NCBI GenBank assembly: GCA_902563505.1
Contig: CACEXK010000002.1
Coordinates: forward strand, 134,884-198,883
Reading direction: 5' to 3'
DNA from: an uncultured Alphaproteobacteria bacterium
GTDB taxonomy: Bacteria; Pseudomonadota; Alphaproteobacteria; Methylaequorales; Methylaequoraceae
Length of the DNA stretch: 64,000 nucleotides
The notes under the pieces were generated by a model. The model did no database searches. It worked only from the letters and a program-made list of their open reading frames with translations, and was not told the origin of the DNA. A program made the translations under genes and the position numbers. Positions 9,495 through 17,517 of this stretch are shown piece by piece (position 1 is the first letter of the stretch; every line of letters begins with the position of its first letter).

Positions 9495-10142
9495 ATGTAC
9501 CAAAAATTTATTATATTTTTTGTTTTTACTTTGATTTTCATTTTTTCTTTTAATGTATCTGCCAATCCACCTGAAGCCGCTCCCAAAAAATGGCCTTGTG
9601 ATCAAGTTTATAATCCAAAACTGAACTTAAGTGCTATATGGCAGGGCCCACCAATTGATAACGCTTTAAAAAATTGGTGGAAAGATGACGATATAATTGA
9701 TTATGTAAATACTCTTTCAAATCCTGTTCTCAAGGAAGATGATGGACTAAGAATAATTGAAGAGTTTGCAAAAAAATACACTTACCTTGGTTTAATAAAA
9801 AAACGAGAACAAAAAGAAAAATTAGTTTTTCTTTTTGCAGGACTATATCAAAAGGCAAAAGATCGAAGAAGTAGGCAATACAAAGGCATTATAAAGTTTG
9901 TTGAAAGGCAGGATTCATTCAGAAAAGCAATTGGCAAAGCTTCTAAATTAATAAGACAATATAGAAAAGATAAAATTGATATTAAAGATCAAAGATATGT
10001 AGATGCTTCTTCTCAGTTAGAATGGAATACAAGAGTATTTGATCAAAGAACTAGACTTACAGAATATATATGTGAGGAACCAGTTTTTAACACCCAAAGA
10101 TTGGGTTATCAATCCCGAAAGATATACTTATACCTACAATAA
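9495..10142 (+). CDS. secreted hypothetical protein (basic, two Cys)
   Basis: 215-aa ORF with an N-terminal signal-like segment (…FNVSANPPEA). I recognise no family. It is the last gene before pqqA. Confidence 0.55.
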   Translation: MYQKFIIFFVFTLIFIFSFNVSANPPEAAPKKWPCDQVYNPKLNLSAIWQGPPIDNALKNWWKDDDIIDYVNTLSNPVLKEDDGLRIIEEFAKKYTYLGLIKKREQKEKLVFLFAGLYQKAKDRRSRQYKGIIKFVERQDSFRKAIGKASKLIRQYRKDKIDIKDQRYVDASSQLEWNTRVFDQRTRLTEYICEEPVFNTQRLGYQSRKIYLYLQ

Positions 10143-10148
10143 ATTTAA

Positions 10149-10165
10149 ATGAATCTGATATGAAT
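10149..10165 (+). promoter_or_regulatory. direct repeat ATGAAT-N5-ATGAAT (11-bp phasing) upstream of pqqA
   Basis: The sequence taaATGAATctgatATGAATgtgta lies 92-108 nt upstream of the pqqA ATG. The same arrangement occurs twice in the xoxF upstream spacer. Confidence 0.55.
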
Positions 10166-10256
10166 GTGTAAATCAGAAAATTTTAATTAAAAAGATGTAT
10201 AACTATCCTGCACTCACATTAGGTGAGTTCGTTCAAACTATAACAAGGAGTTAATT

Positions 10257-10334
10257 ATGGCTTGGACAAAACCAATGATTTCTGAGATCTCTGTAGGTCT
10301 AGAAATCAATTCTTATGCTTGCGCTGAAAAGTAG
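10257..10334 (+). CDS. pqqA: PQQ precursor peptide PqqA
   Basis: A 25-codon ORF, MAWTKPMISEISVGLEINSYACAEK, not present in the ORF track. It has the conserved W-x-x-P motif and the E-x-x-x-Y crosslinking pair (EINSY). An AAGGAG SD lies 6 nt upstream, and pqqB is directly downstream. Confidence 0.93.
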   Translation: MAWTKPMISEISVGLEINSYACAEK

Positions 10335-10354
10335 TTTTTAGCAATAGCAAAACA

Positions 10355-10397
10355 GCCCCTTAAGTCCAATTGGCCTTAGGGGGCCTTTTAATTTTTT
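10355..10397 (+). terminator. stem-loop plus T-tract between pqqA and pqqB (attenuator / partial terminator)
   Basis: gcccCttaag (10355-10364) pairs with cttaGggggc (10375-10384), giving 10 bp with one G-U pair. The loop is 10 nt and is followed by ctttTaaTTTTTT. Confidence 0.7.
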
Positions 10398-10433
10398 AAA
10401 ACTTTTAAGGAATTTGTTTTGGGGAATGATGAA

Positions 10434-11366
10434 ATGCTAAAAGTTTTGGTTCTAGGATCAGGTGCAGGTGGGGGGTCGCCTCAATGGAATTGTAACAGTG
10501 ATGTAAGTAAAGCTGTAAGAGGGAAAGAACCGGGAACATCTCCAAGGACTCAATCATCTATAGCTGTAACAGCAAATAATGATGAATGGTTCTTATTTAA
10601 TGCTTCACCAGACCTTGGTTCTCAAATTTTGAAAAACCAACAAATGCATCCAAAGAAATCACCAAGACATAGTCCAATCAGTGGTGTCGTTTTAACAAAT
10701 GGTGATGTTGATCATGTTGCAGGCCTTTTAACTTTAAGAGAAAGACAAAATCTTTCAATATATGCACATCCAAGAGTCCACTCTGTGCTTAGCCAAAATT
10801 CTATTTTTAATGTATTAAACCCAACATATGTGGACAGAAGGAATATGGAAATGAATAAAAAGTTTGAGTTGCAGGATAAAAATGGAAAAAATTCAGGAAT
10901 TGAAATTGAAGCATTTGAGGTTCCCGGTAAGATTGCGTTATGGTTAGAAGATGAGTCTAAGGGTGAGAATTTTGGAACCCAAGAAGGTGATACAATTGGT
11001 TTGAAAATTTCATCTAAGGATGATGCTAAATCTTTCTTCTACATACCAGCATGTGCGAAGATAACTAATGATTTGGCTAATAGAATTAAAAATTCTCAAA
11101 TGGTTTTATTCGACGGTACTCTATGGGAAAATGATGAAATGTCATCGAGTAATGTTGGAGAAAAAACTGGTCAAAGAATGGGTCATATGAATAATTCAGG
11201 TCCACAGGGTTCTATGGAAGCATTTAAAGATTTAAATGTAAAAAAAAAAATATATATACATATAAATACAACAAATCCAATACTTTTAAGCGATTCTAAA
11301 GAGCGTAAGATTGTTGAAGAAAATGATTGGGAAGTTAGTTATGATGGAATGGAGATAAAATTATGA
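10434..11366 (+). CDS. pqqB: PQQ biosynthesis protein PqqB (metallo-beta-lactamase fold)
   Basis: The N-terminus MLKVLVLGSGAGGGSPQWNC and the motif GDVDHVAGL match PqqB. I prefer ATG 10434 over the TTG at 10419 used by the ORF track. Confidence 0.92.
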   Translation: MLKVLVLGSGAGGGSPQWNCNSDVSKAVRGKEPGTSPRTQSSIAVTANNDEWFLFNASPDLGSQILKNQQMHPKKSPRHSPISGVVLTNGDVDHVAGLLTLRERQNLSIYAHPRVHSVLSQNSIFNVLNPTYVDRRNMEMNKKFELQDKNGKNSGIEIEAFEVPGKIALWLEDESKGENFGTQEGDTIGLKISSKDDAKSFFYIPACAKITNDLANRIKNSQMVLFDGTLWENDEMSSSNVGEKTGQRMGHMNNSGPQGSMEAFKDLNVKKKIYIHINTTNPILLSDSKERKIVEENDWEVSYDGMEIKL

Positions 11367-12148
11367 AAAATTTGGCTATAAAAAAAGAGTTAGAATCAAC
11401 CCCATTAACAAAAACTGAATTTGTAAAAAAATTAAGAGATATTGGAAAAGAGAGATACCATGACAATTGTAAATTTCATCATCTCTTACATAGTGGTATG
11501 CTAAATAAGGGTCAGGTTCAGGCTTGGGCATTAAACAGATATTATTATCAAATAAATATTTCAATAAAAGATTCTGCTTTAATGTCTAGAATTAAAAATC
11601 CTGAACTTAGAAGAATTTGGATTAAAAGAATCTTGGACCACGATGGTAGAAAAAATGATGAAGGGGGAATTGAAAGGTGGTACAGGTTGACCGATGGATT
11701 AGGTTTAGATAGAGATTATGTAAAGTCAACATCAGGAATTCTTCCTGCAACAAGATTTGCTGTAGACGCTTATGTAAATTTTGTTAAGGAAAAATCACTT
11801 CTAGAGGGTGTTACATCTTCTTTAACTGAACTTTTTGCCCCCAAGATTCATAAAGAAAGAATCTCCGGGATGCTTGAAAACTATGATTTCGTTAATGATA
11901 TTACAATGGCCTATTTCAAAAAGCGTGTTGATCAAGCAACCGACGATGCTGACTTTGTCTTAGACTATGCAGTTAAAAATGCTAGAACACGATTAGAACA
12001 AGAATCAGTTTGTGAGGCTTTAAAGTTTAAAACGGATGTATTATGGGTCCAACAAGATGCACTATATCATGCTTATATAAATGGACATGTTCCGCCAGGC
12101 GCTTTTATGCCAGAGGATTTTAATGACAGATATACTGAAGATAAATGA
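11363..12148 (+). CDS. pqqC: pyrroloquinoline-quinone synthase PqqC
   Basis: 261 aa with PqqC-like segments (RYHDNCKFHHLLHSG, QAWALNRYYYQ, RWYRLTDGLG). It overlaps the pqqB stop by 4 nt. Confidence 0.92.
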   Translation: MKNLAIKKELESTPLTKTEFVKKLRDIGKERYHDNCKFHHLLHSGMLNKGQVQAWALNRYYYQINISIKDSALMSRIKNPELRRIWIKRILDHDGRKNDEGGIERWYRLTDGLGLDRDYVKSTSGILPATRFAVDAYVNFVKEKSLLEGVTSSLTELFAPKIHKERISGMLENYDFVNDITMAYFKKRVDQATDDADFVLDYAVKNARTRLEQESVCEALKFKTDVLWVQQDALYHAYINGHVPPGAFMPEDFNDRYTEDK

Positions 12149-12416
12149 GAATATTATTCCAAAGTTTCCTAAACATGTTAGATTTAGGTTTAATAAGGCA
12201 AGAAAGGAATGGGTCATACTTGCGCCTGAGAGGCTTGTCAAACTTGATCCAATCGCAGTTGAAATACTTCAACTCGTTAATGGAGAAAGGGCTGTGAGAA
12301 CAATAGCAAATGAACTCAGTAAAAAGTTTAATGCGCCAGAAGATACAATTCTTGCAGATGTCAAAGAAATGTTGCAAGATTTATCAGATAAGGGTTTTAT
12401 AGAAGAAAATGGATGA
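12123..12416 (+). CDS. pqqD: PqqA-binding chaperone PqqD
   Basis: About 97 aa starting from MTDILKINENIIPKFPKHVRFRF.., with a PqqD-like core (EWVILAPERLVKLDPIAVEILQLVNGERAV). The start is uncertain, since the ORF is open from 12081. Confidence 0.85.
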   Translation: MTDILKINENIIPKFPKHVRFRFNKARKEWVILAPERLVKLDPIAVEILQLVNGERAVRTIANELSKKFNAPEDTILADVKEMLQDLSDKGFIEENG

Positions 12417-13557
12417 TGTAAAGAAACAAACAAACCTTAAAAAAGCCTCTGAGCATGGTATTCAGGCTCCATTGGCCCTATTGGCAGAATTGTCACATAG
12501 ATGTCCCCTACAGTGCCCATATTGTTCAAATCCAGTTCAACTAGAAAAAAAAACTGGAGAGTTGACTACAGATGAGTGGAAATCAGTAATAGATCAAGCT
12601 GTTGAAATGGGAATGCATCAAATACATCTTTCAGGTGGGGAACCAACTGTTAGACACGATCTTGAGGATATTGTAGAGCATTGTACAAACAAAGGCCTTT
12701 ATACAAATCTTATCACATCTGGGGTTCTTCTTAATCCAGATCGATTAAAGAAACTTGAGAAATTAGGTTTAGAACATGTGCAGTTATCTTTTCAAGATAC
12801 AGATAATGACAATGCTGATAGAATTGGTGGATTCAAAGGTGGGCATGCAAAAAAACTGGAAGTTGCGAAGTGGGTTAGAGAAGTTGAATTACCTTTAACC
12901 TGTAATTGTGTGGTTCATAGACAAAACATAGATAATTTAGAAAATTTCATTCAGATGGCCCTTGATCTTGACGCTGAAAGAGTTGAGATTGCTCAGGTTC
13001 AATACTATGGGTGGGCACTTAAAAATAGAGCTGCATTCATTCCTACTCCTGAACAACTTGACCATGCAACAGAAATAGTTGAAAAAGCGAGAATAGATTT
13101 AAAAGGAAAGTTGGTTATTGATTATGTAATTCCTGATTATTACGCAAAACATCCAAAAAACTGCATGGGAGGATGGGGCAGAAGATTTCTGAATATGAAT
13201 CCAAAAGGTGATGTTTTGCCTTGTCATGCCGCTGAAACAATTCCTCATTTGAAATTTGATAATGTTAGAGAACATAGCCTCAAATGGATCTGGGAAAATT
13301 CAGAAGCATTTAATATATATAGAGGTACTGATTGGATGCCAGAGCCATGTAAATCCTGTGATAGAAAAGAAATCGATTGGGGTGGTTGTAGATGCCAGGC
13401 TATGGCACTAACTGGTGATGCAAAAAACACCGACCCAGCTTGTTCTATTTCTCCACTTCACAGTGAAATTTTCTCAATGGCAGCTGAGGAAGCGAGAAGA
13501 GCTCCTCCAGAATTTATATACAGAAGGTATGGTGTGAGATTTAATTCACCTATCTAA
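12409..13557 (+). CDS. pqqE: radical SAM enzyme PqqE
   Basis: Has the CPLQCPYC radical-SAM cluster motif and a C-terminal SPASM-like Cys cluster (CKSCDRKEIDWGGCRCQA). Confidence 0.93.
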   Translation: MDDVKKQTNLKKASEHGIQAPLALLAELSHRCPLQCPYCSNPVQLEKKTGELTTDEWKSVIDQAVEMGMHQIHLSGGEPTVRHDLEDIVEHCTNKGLYTNLITSGVLLNPDRLKKLEKLGLEHVQLSFQDTDNDNADRIGGFKGGHAKKLEVAKWVREVELPLTCNCVVHRQNIDNLENFIQMALDLDAERVEIAQVQYYGWALKNRAAFIPTPEQLDHATEIVEKARIDLKGKLVIDYVIPDYYAKHPKNCMGGWGRRFLNMNPKGDVLPCHAAETIPHLKFDNVREHSLKWIWENSEAFNIYRGTDWMPEPCKSCDRKEIDWGGCRCQAMALTGDAKNTDPACSISPLHSEIFSMAAEEARRAPPEFIYRRYGVRFNSPI

Positions 13558-14425
13558 CAGGTGGTCTTCCCTTTATTAGAGCATCGGTAGTTGTTTCATC
13601 CGCTTTTTTTCTTTTTCCTGGTCTTAGGCTCAGCACAGGAATGTTATGCTTAGCCAATATTTTGTCTATATCTTTTTGATTCTCTTTAATAAATTTATTT
13701 AATTTCTTCTTCCAATCTGTTTCACCATCTCTAACACCCATTGTGGTATAGTAATCCATTCTTCCCCAACCTTGATCTGTTGTTTCTAAAGGGATAAAAA
13801 CATATTTTTCTTTAGTATAGCCTTTTTTATTTAAGTAATGAGTTGCAATTGGACCTGACATAAATGCTATATCAACAAGGCCGTCAATCATATCTTCGAT
13901 CATTGTTTCTCCAATTATTGCTCTTCTTGGGTCAAATGTTAGGTTGTATGGCCTTACTCTTCCCATTAGGTTAAATCTTTGTAATACAAAGGTTGGAGGA
14001 GTTCCAGCTTGAACACCAATGCTCAGTTCTGCAAGTTGAGGATGATTGGGCCTATCAACTTCAATACCGCTATCTTTAAGGTATACCATTCCGTAGGCCC
14101 ACCTCATGTATGGAACTGTATTTAAAACTAAGTCATTATTTGCTGTTATTCCAATAATTATATCACATTTTTTCTTGTTCAAAGTGTTACGAACATACCC
14201 AATAACTTGAGGAAAGAATTCGTAAACAACGGGTATACCTAGTTTTTCTCCTAATAGCTTAGCAATATCATTTTCATAACCTTCCTCTTTTTCATTTGAG
14301 AAAGGGAGGTTGGATGGGTCTGCACAAACTCTCAAATTTTCGGTATCAACAGCCTCTATTGCGGTCTCTCTAGCTTTGGGGTTAGACACTACAATAAGCA
14401 TAAAAAGAACAACAAAAAGTTTCAT
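13550..14425 (-). CDS. xoxJ: MoxJ/XoxJ-type periplasmic binding protein associated with methanol dehydrogenase
   Basis: Has a signal peptide and an SBP fold with MxaJ-like segments (LRVCADPSNLPFSNEKEEGYENDIAKLL). It is the last gene of xoxF-G-J. Its stop overlaps the pqqE stop by 8 nt, with the two genes convergent. Confidence 0.8.
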   Translation of the reverse strand: MKLFVVLFMLIVVSNPKARETAIEAVDTENLRVCADPSNLPFSNEKEEGYENDIAKLLGEKLGIPVVYEFFPQVIGYVRNTLNKKKCDIIIGITANNDLVLNTVPYMRWAYGMVYLKDSGIEVDRPNHPQLAELSIGVQAGTPPTFVLQRFNLMGRVRPYNLTFDPRRAIIGETMIEDMIDGLVDIAFMSGPIATHYLNKKGYTKEKYVFIPLETTDQGWGRMDYYTTMGVRDGETDWKKKLNKFIKENQKDIDKILAKHNIPVLSLRPGKRKKADETTTDALIKGRPPVR

Positions 14426-14467
14426 TTGATTTTAAAAATTCTGAAGGTCTGTTTTGACCTAATTTTG

Positions 14468-15079
14468 TTATTCTTTAAACTTTGGAAGTTTTGGAAGTCT
14501 AACACCTCTTCTAATCTTACCATCAGCTCTTGCTTTTACATATCTATAGATATCATTGATATGTGGTTCAACATTGGTATTTTCTCCAAAAGCGGGCATC
14601 ACATTTCCTTCTTGTGCACCTTCGGCAACACCTTTACCATTTGCTATAATAGTGTAGAAATCCATATAGTCTAAACCATTCTTAACAGACATCATTAATG
14701 ATGGTGCGTAGGTACTCCCCATAGCATCAGGTCCATGACAAACATGACATTCTGCATGATAAGCTCTCCAACCTTTGTAAGTCGAGAAGTCCATCCATCC
14801 ATATTTCATCTCTACAAGGTCATCATTTGCTCTGCATTCATCCATATCTTCATCTGAGGCAAAGTCAACAGCTTGTTCCTTACAATAAATTTGAATAAGG
14901 TTTAATGGTTTTTCGGTAGAGGGATCGAGTCTGTCTCCTTCGCCGTATGTTACATAGTATGTAGGATCGTCATTTTCGTCAAACTGAGGTTCAACTGCAT
15001 CTGGTGTAGGCATTGCAATTGATTTGCCTGCAACAAACACTGAAGCGATTAAACTAGTTAAAATTGTTTTTTTTGTCAT
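14468..15079 (-). CDS. xoxG: c-type cytochrome (cytochrome cL-like, XoxG)
   Basis: Has a signal peptide and a single heme motif, CHVCHG. It lies downstream of xoxF. ATG 15079 is preceded by a GGTGGA SD, whereas the ORF track starts at TTG 15094. Confidence 0.85.
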   Translation of the reverse strand: MTKKTILTSLIASVFVAGKSIAMPTPDAVEPQFDENDDPTYYVTYGEGDRLDPSTEKPLNLIQIYCKEQAVDFASDEDMDECRANDDLVEMKYGWMDFSTYKGWRAYHAECHVCHGPDAMGSTYAPSLMMSVKNGLDYMDFYTIIANGKGVAEGAQEGNVMPAFGENTNVEPHINDIYRYVKARADGKIRRGVRLPKLPKFKE

Positions 15080-15173
15080 ATTTATTCCACCCAATAAATG
15101 TTCTTATTTATTAATATATATATTAGTATTTATTATTCTAAATTCCAGAAAAAACTAAATAATTTTCTTTTAC

Positions 15174-15203
15174 AAAAAAAAAGCCCGGAAATACATCCGG
15201 GCT
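15174..15203 (-). terminator. rho-independent terminator after xoxF
   Basis: On the minus strand the sequence reads AGCCCGG-atgtattt-CCGGGCT followed by T9. This GC stem stands out in an otherwise AT-rich spacer, and it sits between xoxF and xoxG. Confidence 0.85.
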
Positions 15204-15230
15204 TTTCTATAAGCTATCTATCTTCAGCTA

Positions 15231-17063
15231 CTACGGTAGAGAGAAGACAGTCAATACGCCACCAAGAGCAGTGTGGTTATGTAGTGCAGAGTATGCACCC
15301 ACAGCACCAAGACCTGCAGTTGGGTCAGTAAGACCAGCAGCTAGACCAATTCCAGCCCAACCACCAACGCCTGATAGGATACCAACATATTGCTTACCTT
15401 TATGTTTGTAAGACATGAAGTTACCGATAATACCAGATGGTGTTTTGAACTTGAATAGTTCTTTACCAGTTTTACTTTCAACAGCTTTAGCATAACCTTC
15501 TAATGTTCCATAGAATGTAATACCACCAGCTGTTGCCATAGCACCAGACCATACAGAGAATGGCTCAGGGTTAGACCATACGATCTTACCTTTATCAGCA
15601 TCCCATGCGATCATGTTACCAAGATGAGTTCCGCCTGGAGCTGGGTACATAGATAATGTAGCACCAACATAAGCGTTACCAGCTACGTAATCAACTTTGA
15701 ATGGTTCGTAGTCCATACAAACATGGTTTGTTGGAACCATAAATAAACCAGAAAGTCTATCGTAAGCAGCAGGCTGTTGGTCTTTAGAACCTAGAGCCGC
15801 TGGGCAGATGTTAGTAGTGTTAACATCTTCACCTTGGTGTGCAGTTGAATATCTGTCTTGTACTTGCGGACGACCAGTTTTCATATCAACATGAGTTGCC
15901 CAGTTCACTGCTGGATCATATTTTTCAGCAACAAGTAGTTCACCTGAAGCTCTATCCATAGTGTAAGCAAATCCGTTTCTGTCGAAGTGCACAAGTGCTT
16001 GACGGTTTTTACCTTTAACTTTCATGTCAACAAGAATCATCTCGTTAACACCGTCGTAATCCCACTCATCATATGGAGTCATTTGATATAACCATTTAGC
16101 CATACCATTGTCTGGGTTACGAGCGTTAATCGTCATAGACCATTTGTTGTCACCAGGACGAACAACTGGGTTCCATGTTGATGGGTTACCTGTACCGTAG
16201 TACAAAGTATTTAATTTAGAGTCATAACCGTAGAAACCCCAAATTGAACCACCACCGATTTTCCATGCATCACCAGGCCAAGTTTTCAAAGATGAATCTT
16301 TACCAATTGGTTTTAACATAGAAGTAGTTTTGTTTGGATCAACAAGCATATCCTTATCTGGACCCATGCTGTATGCTCTCCAAAGTCTCTTACCACTGTT
16401 GATGTCATAACTTGTCCAGTTACATCTAACACCAAATTCAGCACCAGAACAACCAACACCTACAGTATCTTTGATAATGAAAGGTTGACCTGAACCAGTT
16501 GATGCAGAAACACCATATTTACCAGTACCAGCGTGTAGATTTGTAGTAATCCACTTTTCTTTACCAGTTTTAGCGTCTAATGCAATTACTGAAGTATCAG
16601 CAGCGTGAAGAACGATTGTACCATTTGGATGATAGTTAACACCACGGTTAACGTTATCACAACACATAACTGAGATAACTCTATCCATAGTTTCACCACC
16701 TGGGTACTTACCACCTTTTACAGGGTTGTACTTCCAAATGATTCTTTGGTCATCATTAAGATCTAAAGCGTACACGATATTTGGGATAGCAGTATGTACA
16801 TACATTGTATCACCAATAACAAGTGGACCACCTTCGTGACCTCTTAAAACACCAGTAGAAAAAGTCCATGCGACTTTTAAGCTACCAACATTACTTTTGT
16901 TGATTTGATCCAAAGTTGTGTAACGATGTCCAGCGTAATCACCAGACTGTTGTACCCATTGACTAGGATCTTTCATCATTTTTTCTAGCTTAGAATTAGC
17001 ACTTACTGCAAGAGGAAGAGCTAAAGCAGCAGAAGCGATGATGCTTTTTTTCAAAATACTCAT
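15231..17063 (-). CDS. xoxF: PQQ-dependent methanol dehydrogenase, XoxF type (lanthanide-dependent signature)
   Basis: 610 aa with a signal peptide. Has the vicinal Cys pair ([10 protein letters not shown]) and tryptophan-docking propeller repeats. The segment [10 protein letters not shown] carries D-Y-D, where MxaF-type enzymes have D-x-A. An AAGGAG SD is present. Confidence 0.95.
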   Translation of the reverse strand: MSILKKSIIASAALALPLAVSANSKLEKMMKDPSQWVQQSGDYAGHRYTTLDQINKSNVGSLKVAWTFSTGVLRGHEGGPLVIGDTMYVHTAIPNIVYALDLNDDQRIIWKYNPVKGGKYPGGETMDRVISVMCCDNVNRGVNYHPNGTIVLHAADTSVIALDAKTGKEKWITTNLHAGTGKYGVSASTGSGQPFIIKDTVGVGCSGAEFGVRCNWTSYDINSGKRLWRAYSMGPDKDMLVDPNKTTSMLKPIGKDSSLKTWPGDAWKIGGGSIWGFYGYDSKLNTLYYGTGNPSTWNPVVRPGDNKWSMTINARNPDNGMAKWLYQMTPYDEWDYDGVNEMILVDMKVKGKNRQALVHFDRNGFAYTMDRASGELLVAEKYDPAVNWATHVDMKTGRPQVQDRYSTAHQGEDVNTTNICPAALGSKDQQPAAYDRLSGLFMVPTNHVCMDYEPFKVDYVAGNAYVGATLSMYPAPGGTHLGNMIAWDADKGKIVWSNPEPFSVWSGAMATAGGITFYGTLEGYAKAVESKTGKELFKFKTPSGIIGNFMSYKHKGKQYVGILSGVGGWAGIGLAAGLTDPTAGLGAVGAYSALHNHTALGGVLTVFSLP

Positions 17064-17191
17064 AAAGTATTTCTCCTTTATTAAGTTAATATAAAGAGTA
17101 GAAACTACTCGGTTATTAAAATGTCGGAATCAAACTAGATAACAAAAGAAAGATGTCACTTTTTTGATTTCCTCCCATTGTCATATTATTT

Positions 17192-17197
17192 ATGAAT
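17192..17197 (+). promoter_or_regulatory. solo ATGAAT half-site in the xoxF upstream spacer
   Basis: A single tATGAATagc copy lies 26 nt from the first paired site. Confidence 0.3.
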
Positions 17198-17217
17198 AGC
17201 CCAAATTCAAGGAAAAA

Positions 17218-17234
17218 ATGAATGCAAGATGAAT
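17218..17234 (+). promoter_or_regulatory. direct repeat ATGAAT-N5-ATGAAT (site 1, xoxF / soxYZ-like divergent spacer)
   Basis: The sequence is aaaATGAATgcaagATGAATgctgtgta. It is followed by a TGTGTAG-tt-TGTGTAG tandem at 17238-17253. Confidence 0.55.
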
Positions 17235-17344
17235 GCTGTGTAGTTTGTGTAGCGGCAAACAATCTTTTTCCAACAAGATCAATTACTTATAAGCACAAAT
17301 CAATAAAAAAAAAGCTGTGGATAATTTTTATTTTTTTTTATTAA

Positions 17345-17361
17345 ATGAATAGAAGATGAAT
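17345..17361 (+). promoter_or_regulatory. direct repeat ATGAAT-N5-ATGAAT (site 2)
   Basis: The sequence taaATGAATagaagATGAATacaaa lies 157-173 nt upstream of the soxYZ-like ATG, in the same orientation as the pqqA site. Confidence 0.55.
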
Positions 17362-17440
17362 ACAAATTTTAAAAATTGTTCAGAATTGAAAAAAATGCAA
17401 TAAAATCAATGCTTTAATTGATTGATTTTAATAGGTAGCT

Positions 17441-17458
17441 CAAAATTGCACAATTTTG
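17441..17458. promoter_or_regulatory. perfect inverted repeat CAAAATTG-ca-CAATTTTG
   Basis: Has 8-bp arms with a 2-nt spacer and lies 60-77 nt upstream of the soxYZ-like start. The composition is AT-only, so it may have arisen by chance. Confidence 0.3.
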
Positions 17459-17517
17459 TTCTTTAAATTCAATTTTTTTGATATATATATAGTATAGATT
17501 AAATCTGAAGATTAGAA

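Noticed and set aside
9188-9586. 132-aa minus-strand ORF
   Set aside because: It overlaps two co-directional plus-strand genes that have signal peptides and tight coupling. The ORF is an AT-rich frame artefact.
12081-12122. Upstream extension of pqqD (111-aa version)
   Set aside because: The first 14 codons lie deep inside pqqC and add a non-conserved N-terminus. The Met at 12123 gives a PqqD of typical length.
14426-14674. 82-aa plus-strand ORF between xoxJ and xoxG
   Set aside because: Most of it overlaps the 3' part of xoxG on the opposite strand. The hydrophobic, low-complexity translation is typical of an antisense frame.
17237-17270. Possible sigma-54 (-24/-12) promoter in the GC-richer patch gctgtgtagtttgtgtagcggcaaac
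   Set aside because: Neither strand has GG-N10-GC spacing that matches TGGCAC-N5-TTGC.
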